Positions 12,301-24,027 of a DNA stretch of 64,000 bases are shown here, in pieces. Source of the stretch: Amoebophrya sp. A120 (lineage: Eukaryota > Protista > Dinoflagellata); assembly GCA_905178155.1 (NCBI GenBank), contig CAJINV010000012.1:367271-431270 (forward strand). The letters run 5' to 3'. The position numbers and the translations under genes are program-made. The first letter of the stretch is position 1, and each line of letters starts with the position of its first letter. The notes below the pieces were generated by a model. The model was not told the origin of the DNA and searched no databases. It saw only the letters and a program-made list of their open reading frames with translations.

Positions 12301-15300
12301 GCTGCAGTGGGTCCGGTTTTCTCCTGCAGTAATGCTGTGTTGGCCGTTGGTGGTTCTGGTTGTTCTGTGTCTGTCGTCGTTTTCTGTCTTTTCTTTCTTC
12401 CAGGAGCCACAACCGCCCCAAGTCGTACGAAGTACGCTCCGGCCCCTCCGCCACCGCCGGTCTTTTTGTTTGATTTGATCTTGAATCTTCCCTTGTCCGG
12501 GCACTGGCCGATCACTTGCAGCAAGCTTCCCGTGGGGTATTTGGCCCTCAAGTGCTGGATTCGCGGGCAGTTACCAAGCTCCTGGTTGTCCACCTCTTGC
12601 TTCGAAGACGCCAGAATCAAATCTTCCACGGCGGAGTAGTACTTTTCCAAGATTTTCGCGTTGTCGTACGAAGTTTGCCGTAATGAAACGGTATACGCGT
12701 TTATGTAAGTGCACAACTCCCGCCCCCTCGTTTGTCATGCAAAGTGCCAAGTCCACCCTTTGCCTGTTAGCACTGTTTGCATGGCAGATTCCGGAACCCA
12801 AAACAGCACTGCCATTCTCTAGGAATTTGCCATGCAAAGCTGCATCTTTGTCAGCGCTTGTGTTGCTGTTCACGCAAAACAAATTCGAGGGAGTGGGGGT
12901 TGTGCACTCTCATAGCGTTCCGGCACCCCGGATTCTTCACGTCCGGATTGTGCTTCACTTTGAACCGCATTTTGTCGGGACAGGCCTCGAGGATCGAGAG
13001 AAGCGTGCCGAGGTTGTACTTGACTTTTAGCTATCAAATGCAAAAGTCTCGTACATACTACGTAGTATAAATTGCATTACAAATTTTATCAGAAAGAAAA
13101 ATGGAATTTGTAATGCTAATACAGGTAAAAAGGTAGGTTTGTCATGCAAAATTGCAATTAGTACGAGGACGATACTTTTGCACAGGATATTAGCCGCCGG
13201 ACCCGCTCGTCGGTGCCGAGGATGTGGTTGTCGCACTGCTGCGCGACGCCACCCTTCTCGAGGATGATATTTTTATCGCACGAAAAAACTGTCTCTGTGT
13301 GAACTTGTGATGCAGAGAATGGAGCACAGAACGATTCGTCTTGCTAAAGAACCTGCAAGACATTGGATTTTCTAGCGTGTTTCACTTGATGGGAAGCGCG
13401 CATGGCAAATTTTCTGTGTCATGTGTAACAAACATGTGATGCAGATCTTGCAAGATCATCACAGTGAAGGAGTTTTTTCGTGGGATAATTTTCAATCACC
13501 TTGTAATACAGCTCGAGTTTCTCTTCATCCCGCCTGTCGCTGTGGTCTGCTGTCGGAGTAGTTGCAGCCGGCGTAGTTGTATTTTTAGGGGGTGGGGCTG
13601 CTTTTTCTCGTCCAGTGTTCCGTTTCACAAACACCATGAAAGGTCTGCTCTTATCCGGGTAACAAATGGCGAAGTCCTCGGGGAATTGGCGCACCACGGC
13701 CAGCATGCTACTTGGCCTGCTCCCGTGCTTCGCGATGAGTTGCTTGCACTCTGCCGTTTGCCCAAAATCGGTCAAAGGCGTTCCGGACGGAGATATCGGA
13801 GTCGCTAAGAAGGTATATAGCAGCTTCCTGAACTCCTGCGCGCCGGGCCACAGTGGCGCTGGTGCAACAGCAGGAGCTCCAACGGTGTTTGCTTCATCTT
13901 GGGTTCTAGTCGCTGGAGTCTTGCTCCTGCTTCGGCTATCGCCGTGGTCTGCTTGTTCACCATCAAGTTCATCATCATCACCGCCCACCCCCTGCACGAC
14001 CTGTGTCGTCGGCGGAATCAGTTTCACCCGAAACAGGTCCGGGTACTCCCTGAGCACCTGCGCCACGGCCCCTCTCGGCGGGTTGTTTTGGAAATAGGTC
14101 CGCTTCAGCTCCTATCAAATGCAAAAATGTCCTCTGGGTCTGGAAGAATGCAAGATTTGTCATGCAGTTTTCTCATGACCCATGATGCCTGTAATGCATG
14201 CCCTAGCATCACAGGTTTTTTGAGGGATTCTTGATGCCCATTCCGCATGACAAATGCTCTCTCCGCGTAGCAAAAATTAGACTCTGTTTGCTGCTCATGC
14301 AACACAAATTTTTTAGTCATCGAAACGCAGCATCACAAGTTGCATTCTTCCAGACCCTGACCCAGACATTTTTACATTTGATAACTCCTTTCCTGCTTGG
14401 CTCTCCGCGACGCGGGACAGGTGAATTTGTCTGCTCGGCTCGGCCTCGATCATCGCTCGCACTTCGTGGAGGAACGCAGCGATGTGGCTGTGGGGGTGCA
14501 GGTCAGGCTCCGCGTCGCCGTCGTCAGTGGCGTGGTCATCTTCACTCTCATCCGCTAGAAAGTCGTCTTGGTCAGCACGAGCAACGCGTGCTGCTTGGTT
14601 TGAAGAGAACAAAACTCCGTAGTGGTAGTCGGTTTCATCTTCTTGCCTCAAGGGAGAAGCTCTTCTTGTGCTACTCGACGCTGCTGCAGCCAGAGATGAT
14701 GGCCCTAGTACCTGTGGCCGTGGTCGCAGGAGTGCGGCGCTCGAGCTGGCTTGTTCTATTTTGACTCGCTCTGTAGTTTCGCGCTGCTGTTGTTGGTCGT
14801 GGTGAGACCACGACATGATCAAAGGCGGTTCTTGAAGATGATCATGTTGATCATATCCACCATGAATCTTGACACTGAGTGGCTCCGACAGTGTGTCCTC
14901 GTAGAGGTGAAGATCCGGAGCTGCAGTGGCGAAGTTGTGCTGCCGCTCCTGCTGCTGTTGTTGACGGTACATTATCATGCTACTTTCCGCTTCTTGTAGC
15001 TGCACCGGCTCTGAATTATGGTTCGAGTCGACGATGTATGCACTGCAAATATGTCTGGGTCTGGAAGGTCGCAACTTGTGATGCTGTCTCTGGATTCGAG
15101 AAAAATCTGTATTGCAGGACCAGCAAAGTGACTCCAGTTTGTGCTACGCGGAGTAGAGGCTATTTCTCATGCGGATTAGGCATCAGGAAGGCCTCTAAAA
15201 ATCTGTGGTGCTAGGTCATGCATTACAGGAATCGTGGGACATACAAAATATGCATGACAAACCTGGCTTGCTTCCAGACCCAGACATATTTGCATTTGAT

Positions 15301-15518
15301 ACGATGTTCGTGAGGTTGTCCTCGTGCTCGTGCTGAAAATTATAGGCGTAGAGCTGGTTTACGTCTAGGTCTGCGTGGTCCAGGTTTTGGTCTGCTTCTC
15401 GTTCTTGTTCATCGTCCGAGGGGTACTCATCCATGATGTCATTCAATAGCTGGCGGACATCTGGAGGACCTCGTCCCATATTGCCACTCATCCTTTCAGG
15501 CTCCGAATGAAAATTCAT
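9319..15518 (-). CDS. Protein with about 9 tandem LOTUS/OST-HTH-like winged-helix repeats; 8 exons, about 1482 aa
   Basis: The frame is restored by removing 6 TAT..ATA introners and one atypical intron. Repeats such as FRKLLYTFL..TPLTDFG..AKHG..MLAVVRQFPEDFAI and LEKYYSAVEDLI..LRAKYPTGSLLQVIGQCPDKGRFKI resemble the LOTUS pattern (G..SL..FL...PD.F.V). Domain call is by eye. Confidence 0.7.
10487..10796. mobile_element. Introner, family G (310 bp)
   Basis: TIR TATYACARTGAAAAAYGCCCCC(C)ACCCC; TSD GCGCA/GTGCA; excision gives VTAR-NALP. Confidence 0.9.
11717..12006. mobile_element. Atypical intron bounded by an inverted repeat (no TAT..ATA ends, no clear TSD)
   Basis: AGTCCTTGGGCCAATTCAT..GAATCA pairs with TGATTCCATGCATTGGCCCATGAACT. 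Removing about 290 nt joins DIQTRKLT to (Q)LVAVIEE. Confidence 0.55.
12702..12914. mobile_element. Introner, family E (213 bp)
   Basis: TIR TATGnnAGTGCACAACYCCC; TSD GCGTT; excision gives CRNA-YTVS. Confidence 0.9.
13032..13189. mobile_element. Introner, family B (158 bp)
   Basis: TSD TTAGC; excision gives RRL-KVKY. Confidence 0.9.
13274..13487. mobile_element. Introner, family F (214 bp)
   Basis: TIR TATCSCACGAAAAAACT; TSD ATTTT; excision gives VIEN-IILE. Confidence 0.9.
14113..14383. mobile_element. Introner, family A (271 bp)
   Basis: TSD GCTCC/ACTCC; excision gives GKEL-KRTYF. Confidence 0.9.
15037..15301. mobile_element. Introner, family A (265 bp)
   Basis: TSD CGATG; excision gives TNIV-DSNH. 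Confidence 0.9.
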
Positions 15519-15964
15519 CTTTTCTTTCTTTTCTTCGAGAATTGCATTATTGGAACTTCTCTACGTATTGCAGCGACGACTTCTTGGACTTAGTAGAAAC
15601 CGGAGCTATGGAGGCCATGTGGAAGCGACAGCGTATTCAACTTACCAGAAATAATTGAAAAAGAAAAAAAAAATGGAAATGCTGAAGATGAATAATGCGT
15701 AAAATGAATCCACACGAAAGCTAGGAGCGAATACCAAAGTAAAAGAACAATATGTGCCTACACTATACAAAAGCTTTCGCTGTACCCTGAAGTGATTATG
15801 CCTCTGATAGGGCTGGGAAAGGAGAAGGACATGCCCTCTTCACATCTACTCTCTCTCGTCCGGTAAAATGGAGCATGAAAGTTGATGGTCCACCATGCAA
15901 CATGTGGTCTGCAGCTTGTGCCTCTCGGTCTGATTCGGCATTTTGTGCATAAAACAAAAATCAG

Positions 15965-16980
15965 GAGAACCTCGACCGCAGGATCAGGAACAGGCTCAAG
16001 GATCGCGCAGCTCTCAACAGGAGCATAGGAAGATGCTCTTGTGAAAGTAGATGCAGTTTTTCCGTTTCCTTGTTGGGAGTAGATGTCTAACAAAACAATC
16101 GCGTTGCATCTTGCAACCGTGGTCTTGTGCATCAACATTCGAGTTCTTGCTCGGTCAACGAGGGGCCAATCCGATTCGTTGCCTACAATTTGCTCTGGTC
16201 GTCTGTGTACCAATTTTCCGCTCGATCTTTTCTTGGTTGGTTACTTTCTACTTCTAGCGAGCGGGAAGACAAGGCACTTAAACACGACCGCCAGGATCAT
16301 GTCGAATAAACATACACAAAATTTGCGACGGCTCAACGTTATGCGTGCGTGTGGCAAGTATGTTCATTTGGGTGATGAAAAAAAAAAAGATTTGCCCAGG
16401 ATGTCGAATAAACATACACAAAATTTGCGACGGCTCAACATTATGCATGCGCGTAGCAAGTATGTTCCTCGTCATTTGGGTGATGAAAAAAAAAATTTGG
16501 CGTTCAGATGCACAGGCGCTTGCTAGCTAGCAATGCTACGCACGGGCCGATGCTAAACTAAACACGCGAAAGATTCGAACATACACAAAATTTGCATCAG
16601 CTTATAGTAAAACTGCCTGTAGCAAGTATGTTCAAACTATTCGACTTCGACCCCTGTCGACCTGTTCAAAAAAAAAATGCATAGATAGGTGGCACACTTG
16701 CATGTTAAAAATACAACAACCCTTGTGGACTTCTGTTTTCAAAAAACTACCAATTTCAAAACGGATTCGTCGCGTCCGCCAGGTGATGTCGAATAAACAC
16801 GACCGCCAGGACGAGGATGTCGCAACTACCAATTTCAAAACACGACCGCCACTAGGATCATGATGTCGAGATAAAAACATACACAAAATTTGCGACGGCT
16901 CAACATTATGTGTGCGTGTCGCAACCGCAAGTATGTTCATCGTCATTTGGGTGGTGAAAAAGAAATGATTTGCATAGAAA
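15965..16980. repeat. Duplicated 3'-flank segment of the small-protein family, with an internal repeat of about 105 bp
   Basis: 15965-16400 matches 23400-23830 and in part 39010-39330. The unit CCAGGAT..GTCGAATAAACATACACAAAATTTGCGACGGCTCAAC..GGTGATGAAAAA recurs at about 16290, 16396 and 16845. Confidence 0.8.
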
Positions 16981-17005
16981 GTTTGAATGCGCTTTGATGT
17001 CGATG

Positions 17006-17114
17006 TATTCCCTGAAAATCAACCATCCCCATCCAATTTGTCATGCAAGACATATAGTAAAGTCTGTGTTTGTCATGCAAAAAGTGGATGGGGATGGTTA
17101 ATTTTCAGGGAATA
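17006..17114. mobile_element. Introner-type element, family H (109 bp)
   Basis: TIR TATTCCCTGAAAATYAACCATCCCCATCCA; TSD CGATG; probably outside coding sequence. Confidence 0.9.
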
Positions 17115-17189
17115 CGATGTCCTCTTACTGGGTCACCGATCTTCCGAAGAACAGTTCGCGACGAAGATCTTCAAGCATAGTCAAAAGTC

Positions 17190-17339
17190 TATCCTGTGCA
17201 AAAGTATCGTACTCGTAGTAATCGCAGTCATGCATTACAAATCTCCATACCAAGGAAAAACAGCATGACAAATTTCATTTGTCATGCTGACCGAATTTGT
17301 AATGCGATTTCTACTAGTACGATACTTTTGCAGTGCATA
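17190..17339. mobile_element. Introner-type element, family B (150 bp)
   Basis: Family B TIRs; TSD AAGTC; probably in 3' non-coding sequence. Confidence 0.9.
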
Positions 17340-17636
17340 AAGTCAGTCAATTTACAATGCGCGCGGGCCTTAATATTCCAAATAAATTACACTTCTGCCG
17401 CCCCCGGCAGGCTCAGGCGCTGCTGCTGCTCCGCCGGTTGACATTATTCGCGCGCGTTCCCGCGACGAGGGGCTGTCCGGGATTTTCATCTTCGAAGGTT
17501 CCGTCGATTCGATCTTCTTGTAACGACCGTCCAAGGGACGGGATTTTGATCTTCGACGGGTCCGTCACCGGCTTGTCCGTCACCGGCTTGACGGGGACGG
17601 AATTTTAGTCTTCGACTGTTCGGGGGAAGCTGACGC

Positions 17637-17903
17637 TCTCAAATGCAAAAGTGCCTCCGTCTGGAAGATTGTGAGATTTGTCATGCATATTTCGGATCAC
17701 GCAAATAGCGTCTGATGCAGGCAAAAACATCACAGGTAGTTTTGAGCACGTCTCGTGATGCCTGTCCCGCATGAGAAACTTCCTACTTGCGTGCCAAGAA
17801 ATGGACAGCTTTTTGGCGCTCATGCAACACAAATATTTGTATGTTCCAGAGTTTGAATCACAAGTTCCCACCCTTCCAGACCCAGACATTTTTACATTTG
17901 ATA
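17637..17903. mobile_element. Introner, family A (267 bp)
   Basis: TSD GACGC; left end mutated to TCT. Confidence 0.85.
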
Positions 17904-18301
17904 GACGCATGCTGTGCACTATGTCGGCTTCCATGCTTTGACACATACGACGCCACCGCCTTGCCGTTTCTTCGCGAAGGCAACGATCCTGCCTTGCGCG
18001 TTCCTGCAGTTCCTGCTGTGTCGCGTTCCTCATCTGCTGCAGTGCTGGGGGCAGGGCTTGGAGCTCCGCGTTGAGATTCTCGTGAAAGGCTGCGTGTGGT
18101 CTCTGTGGCGGAAGATCACGACCCTGGTCCACACGCACACGGGGCTCGCGGGGCTGCAGTCCCGAAGACGCCGCCCCCCCGGGCCCTAGTATGGACCTGA
18201 ACTGGCACCACCAATACAACGCCGGTTCTTGCCGATACAAACGCGACCAATCCAACGGTTGCTGCAGTCCCGGTCGCAAGCTTTGGCTTTGCTCGATACG
18301 T

Positions 18302-18567
18302 TATCAAATGTAAAAATATCTGGGTCTGGAAGAATGAAGACCTGTCATGCATATTTTGTATGATAATTGATGCCTCTAGTGCATGATCTAGCAACACAGA
18401 TTTTTAGAGGGCTTCCTAATGCCTATTGTGCATGAGAAATGCCCTCTCCACGTAACACAACTTGAAGTCCTGCTGCTGGTCATGCAATACAGATTTTTAT
18501 TTTTTGGAATCCAAAGACAGCATTACAAGTTGCAATCTTCCAGACCCAGACACTTTTGCAATCCATA
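18302..18567. mobile_element. Introner, family A (266 bp)
   Basis: TSD TACGT/GACGT; excision gives ARRL-EQSQ. Confidence 0.9.
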
Positions 18568-18716
18568 GACGTCTGGCACATTCTTCAAGTTCGTCACATG
18601 TTTCCGCGAGCTCGCGCCGGCTCTCCGTTGCGTACCATGCGGCACGTTCTGCTGCGCCGCGCGCGTCCATAAACTCTCGATAGTCGCATAGCATTTTCGC
18701 GCACACCGCACCGCCC

Positions 18717-18887
18717 TATCCCACAGAAAAAGACCGACAGGTCATATTTGTAATGCAAAAATAAATACACAGGAAAATCTGTCATGGGCGAGGCCATAAC
18801 ATCCTGTTTAGGGCATGCAATACAGATTTTTTTGTCTATTTATTTTTGCATTACAAATATGACCTGTCGGTCTTTTTCAGGGGGATA
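18717..18887. mobile_element. Introner, family K, with TIRs of about 50 bp (171 bp)
   Basis: TATCCCnCnGAAAAAGACCGACAGGTCATATTTGTAATGCAAAAATAAATA at both ends; TSD CGCCC. Confidence 0.92.
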
Positions 18888-18943
18888 CGCCCGCCACCAT
18901 GCCAAGGCTCAACGGTGGCACAAGATCAGGACTTCAACAGGCA

Positions 18944-19194
18944 TATCAAATGTAAAAATGTCTGGGTCTGGAAGAGTCATGCTGTTTTTGCATCACACAG
19001 AAGGTCTGGCATGGAAGCTCTAGCATCACAGGTTTCGAGAAGCTTCCGCAATGCCGAATCCGCATGACAAGTCCCCTACTTTGCTGACAGAAAGTGGGGA
19101 GCTTTTGCTACGTATGCATGAGAGACTTTTCTGCGTTCTGAAATACGCATTACAAGTTGCATTTTTCCAGACCCAGACATTTTTGCATTTGATA
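18944..19194. mobile_element. Introner, family A (251 bp)
   Basis: Family A TIRs; TSD AGGCA. Confidence 0.9.
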
Positions 19195-19429
19195 AGGCAA
19201 TACCAGCACAACCAAGAAAACAGCCGGCGCTGACCAGTCCGATGCGCATACGCAAAGGCATCTCTCTTGCGCACACCTCTTGCACCCACCTATTGTACTC
19301 GACTAACCGGTTGGCTTCACTGTCATGCTGAGGCATCATTTGTTCCCTTTCCCAGTTGACCCGTTCGCGCAGAGTAGCCACGTGTACCATATCTGTTGGA
19401 GTTCTGCCCAATCGTTGAAGCAGTTGCTC

Positions 19430-19703
19430 TATCAAGTGCAAAAGTGTCTGGGTCTGGAAGATTCTGAGACTTGTGATGCACGATTTGCATGAGCCGTGAT
19501 GTCTGTGATGCATGACCTAGCATCACAGGTTTTTTCTTTTTGAGGGGTTTTTGATGCCTATTCTGCATCACAAATGCCCTCTCCGCGTAGCAGAAATTAG
19601 ATTCCTTTTGCTGCTCATGCAACACAAATTTTTTATTTTTAGACATCCAAATGCAGCATCACAAGTTGCAATCTTCCAGACCCAGACATTTTTACATTTG
19701 ATA
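19430..19703. mobile_element. Introner, family A (274 bp)
   Basis: TSD TGCTC; excision gives ADEQ-LLQR. Confidence 0.9.
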
Positions 19704-19743
19704 TGCTCGTCAGCGCGCGCCAAGATCGAGCCACTGGCTGCAG

Positions 19744-19899
19744 TATCCTGTGCAAAAGTATCGCACTCGTAGTAATCCCATTCATGCATTGCAAATTTCT
19801 TTCTCAAGATACATCCGCATTACAAATTTTATTTCTCACGCTGAGGAAATTTGAATTTGTATTGCAATTCATACTAGTACGATACTTCTCCAATGCATA
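19744..19899. mobile_element. Introner, family B (156 bp)
   Basis: TSD TGCAG/TACAG; excision gives CRAV-ASGS. Confidence 0.9.
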
Positions 19900-20026
19900 T
19901 ACAGCCCTGCAGTGTTTCAAATCGTTCACGTCCAGCATTTCCAAGAGCCGCCCGCTTGTTGCGTCGTGCTCCGCCAAAATGGCTGCTGCAGCAGGCGCAG
20001 CATCGTGCTGTGGTGGCTGCGCACGT

Positions 20027-20347
20027 TATTGCAAAGAAAAATCCCCCCTCCCCATATTGAAAAGGTAGGTTTCCGAAAATTAGCGTTGCTGATTTGAGGC
20101 CACAAATCACATTTGTCTTGCAAGAAGACAAGGGCAGAAGCCTCCGCCCCATTCTGGAAGCGGTTTGTCATGCTGTTGGGCCTAAAGGGGAGCCGTTTGC
20201 CATGCTGAACAACTAGACCGATACGCCCCTACCTAGCCTGGAGATGTGGTCGCAATGCCTCTCTGCAATACAAAACTGATTTGTGTACGCACATCCAGCA
20301 TCAGAAATTCCATTTCGTTATGGGGAGGGGGATTTTTCCTCTTGATA
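20027..20347. mobile_element. Introner, family I (321 bp)
   Basis: TIR TATnnnnnnGAAAAATCCCCC(C)TCCCCATA; TSD CACGT. Confidence 0.9.
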
Positions 20348-20393
20348 CACGTTGATTTCGGTGTCGCCGACAGCAACCGAAGCGCGCAGGTGC

Positions 20394-20655
20394 TATCAAG
20401 TGCAAAAATGTCTGGGTCTGGAAGAATGCACGTTTGTCATGCTTGTCTGGCATGCCTCTTAAATCTGTCATGCACGTTAGTACCCAACAGCTCCATTTTT
20501 CTGTGATGCAGAGGCGCAGTTTGTCATGCAGAATAGGCAATTATACCTAGAAGCTCAGAAACTTGTCATGCTAAGCCAGCATTTGTGGCCTCATCAATCA
20601 TGAGACGCCACCCAGCATCATAAGTTTCCAGACCCAGACATTTTTACATTTGATA
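20394..20655. mobile_element. Introner, family A subtype (262 bp)
   Basis: Family A TIRs; TSD GGTGC. Confidence 0.9.
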
Positions 20656-20744
20656 GGTGCCATAGTTTGCTGTGTGTTTGGCCCGGCGCCCTCCCCCGCC
20701 AAAATGGCTGCTGCAGCAACAGGCGCAGCATCGTGCTGTGGTGG

Positions 20745-20997
20745 TACCAAATGTAAAAATGTCTGGGTCTGGAAGATTGCGAGATTTGTCATGCTTGCCT
20801 GGCATGACAAAAAAGTTTGTGATGCGTGTCCAAGAAGAGACCCTTTTGCCTGTCATGCAAAAACGCAGTCTCTCATGCCAGAAACGCAACACAAAGAAGC
20901 GCAGATATTTCTCATGCATGGCTGTACATTACAGTGCATTCACTATTCCCAACACAGCATTACAAGTTTCCAGACCCAGACATTTTTACATTTGATA
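20745..20997. mobile_element. Introner, family A subtype (253 bp)
   Basis: TSD GGTGG; left end TAC. Confidence 0.9.
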
Positions 20998-21056
20998 GGT
21001 GGCTGCGCACGTTGATTTCGGCGTCGCGCGCGCAGCGTTGATTTCGGAGAGGCCAG

Positions 21057-21335
21057 TATCCTGTGTAAAAACGTCCCCACCCCAGAGTTGTCATGCAGAT
21101 TTGCCACGACAGGAACATTTGTGATGCGCAACCCCATGAGAGGCATTTTCAATCGTGTTTGGGAACTTGTAATGCTATAAACAGGATCAACAGGTCGATT
21201 TGTGATGCGGCTTTCCTTGCTAACTTGCACTACCTTACGGACTGAAACTTGTCATGTGTGACTCCCAAAACTCCTAGGTTTGTGTTGCAAAATCCCCATC
21301 CTGACTCTGGTATGGGTACACTTTTACTCAGGATA
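21057..21335. mobile_element. Introner, family D (279 bp)
   Basis: TIR TATCCTGWGTAAAA..GT.CCCA; TSD GCCAG/GCCGG. Confidence 0.9.
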
Positions 21336-21339
21336 GCCG

Positions 21340-23390
21340 GCGACGGCGTTCTTGAAGTCCTTCCTGCCGACTGCAACCGAAGCGCAGACGCAAATGAAGT
21401 CGGAGCTTGAAGTAGAGAGGAAGGAAAAGAAACACGACCAGCACCGCCGAAGCCGCCGTCCGTCAACATCAGAGCGGTACCAACAAACAACGAGACGAAC
21501 GCCGCGAGCATTGAAGACGAGTGAGGCAGCACTCTTCTACTACTTCCCGCCATCTTTGGTTTTTCGAAAAAAGGCAAAGGTGCTTTGGCTTGTAAAGAAA
21601 TCACTGAGCTACAGAGAGCTTGTAGTTCTTTGGGGGAAAGAACAAGCGAAAGCTGTATGAAGATCAAATAACACCCCGATGAGCGAAAACAACAAGAGTA
21701 AAACTCTTATACTGGTTCTACTCCTCGGTCAACTATTATGGGTTTTCAGAGAAGCTTGCACTACTTGTACTTAATACGTGGAGGTCACCTAAGTTGATGT
21801 AGAAAACTTTGTTAATGTTATGCCGGAGTGTTGTGATCGAGCGGGTTTTTCTAGTCACGATTCAAAACGACAGCTGTTTGTGATTGAAAACCGCGAACAA
21901 AAAATGAACTCGTAGTTTTGGGCTTGACCACGTCCGTGTTCTAGATCTAGATCTTGTGCGCGCATGATAGATTTGCTTACCGAATTTGATGCGTTGGTCT
22001 TCCTTGCCATCTTTTGCGTCTTCAAAAGTCCCCCAACTGAAACGCGAATTATACCGAGTGGCTGCTAGTCGCTCAGATCTACGTGTGGATTACTTAACCG
22101 AGCTGTCATCGCCACGGAAGCCTTTACTTTGTGTGCGCTGTATTGCATGCCAAAAGCAAAAACGGCACTGCGCGCACCAGCACTGACAGGAGCTGCGGGC
22201 TGCCCTTGCATAGGGCGCAGCACTACTGTAGGCCCCCTTCGCACCTGTTCGCGCGCTCTTTTAGTTTGAATTGCGGTGGCTGGCGCGCTCTGCTTTGTTT
22301 CTGTGCTGAAGCAAAACAATGCTGGGCGGTAGCCGGGTCATGGACTGGGGAAGGCGGGGCTTTCTCTTGAATGATTCACGGACGGGCAGCGTTTTTTTGC
22401 CTTTTCTGAGGATATTCATTCGGAAGCCACCTCTTGTTGTGAATTTTCGCAAGAGGAGCTGCTTTTCTGGATCCCGATTTTGAATCATTCAGCGGCCGGG
22501 AGCAAGCGGCCGGGCCTTGCTTCCCTTTTTTTGCCTCTAGGCACACACGCCGCAGGCCTGGGCAGAAGCCTGGCGCACACGCTGCCAGATTGCTGTCCAG
22601 GCGCAAAACTACCTTGCTCACCGTCTAGGTACGGGGTGCATCTTGTTCTGAGTTGCAGAACGAAGAACAACCTTGCAGGCGGCGGCAACGAAGCCAAGGC
22701 GGGCACGTAGCTGCGCGCGCAGGCACGTAGCGACGTCTATATTTCTTCTCCCCGGTGCTTGTTGGCGCAGCTATGATGCGCCAATGAAACAATGCGCAAT
22801 TATTTCCGCGTGCCGGAGGCGGAGGCCGCTGCCACGACTCAGACCTCCACTGGCGCCGTTGGCGTTGCTTTTTTTGCCGCGCCTGCGGCGGATCCTAGAT
22901 AGTTGTGGTTCTGCCATAAACAGCGACTATTTTGAAACTCAGGTCGTGGCTGTTGAACCCGGAAAGCGTCGGCTTCGGTGTCGGTGACGGGCGTGTTTGA
23001 AAAAATCACTCTTCTGCGAAGTGTAAATATTCACGGCCGATTTTGAATTATATTCAAAATAGATCTTCCATGAAGCTAAATGGACTTTGTCCCTTCATAT
23101 GCTAGTCGCTCAGATCTACGTGTGGATTACTTAACCGAGCTGTCCTCACGTTCAATAGCGTTTGCGCTGTTCTACATTTATTAGATCCACCACCAATTTA
23201 TTTAGGTACTTTATCACTTTTGCATCTGCTTCTGGCACTCGTCATTTTTCATCATCACGATCAACATACAAATATACCGAGATCTTGATACTATACCGAG
23301 ATTGTTTTCTGACGATCTGAAGGCGGCCAATTTTCCGACTTTTTCTTTCTCATTTGTTGAGGGATCGCCGAGCTACTAGGGAGAAATCCT
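21340..23390. repeat. Tandem duplication of exon 1 and the upstream region of the small-protein family
   Basis: 21340-22107 matches about 24953-25700; 23100-23390 matches about 25660-25915. Confidence 0.85.
22063..23144. mobile_element. Insert of about 1 kb flanked by a perfect 45-bp direct repeat
   Basis: TGCTAGTCGCTCAGATCTACGTGTGGATTACTTAACCGAGCTGTC occurs at 22063-22107 and 23100-23144. A single empty site is present in the paralogous region near 25661-25701. Confidence 0.85.
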
Positions 23391-24027
23391 TACACGTAGG
23401 AGAACATCGACCGCAGGATCAGAAACAGGCTCAAGGATCGCGCAGCTCTCAACAGGAGCATAAGAAGATGCTCTTGCGAAAGTAGATGCAGTTTTTCCGT
23501 TTTCTTGTTGGTAGTAGATTTCTAACAAAACAATCGCGTTGCATCTTGCAACCGTGTTCTTGTGCATCAACATTCGAGTTCTTGCTCGGTCAACGAGGGG
23601 CTAATCCGATTCGTTGCCTACAATTTGCGCTGGTCGTCTGTGTAGTACCCATTTTCCGCTCGATCTTTCCTTGGTTGGTTACTTTCTACTTCTAGCGAGC
23701 GGGAAAACAAGGCAAACACGACCGCCAGGATCATGTCGAATAAACATACACAAAATTTGCGACGGCTCAACATTATGTGTGCGCGTAGCAAGTATGTTCA
23801 TCGTCATTTGGGTGATGAAAAAAAAAATGGTCCGCATAGATAGGCACACTTATATGTGCGCACAACAAACCTTGTAAACTTATGTTTTCAAAAAACCTGC
23901 GAGCCAAATATTTTGACTTCAAGAAAAGATTCACTTACACCTTCCTACTTTTAGGGCGAAAGTAGATGCGCAGGCTTTGTAATGACGAGTGCAGCTTGTT
24001 CGCTACGATGTAGTAAATTGGAACGGC

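Larger units (their letters stand above)
17400..21553 (-). pseudogene. Signal-peptide protein, family copy A, with 10 introners and an in-frame TGA; 3' end approximate
   Basis: ATG at 21553 (MAGSSRRV..MLAAFVSLFVGTALML). All introner excisions are in frame. There is a TGA at 18934-18936 after 262 codons, then the same frame continues SPDLVPPLSLGMVAGGAVCAKM.. for more than 200 codons. Confidence 0.65.
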
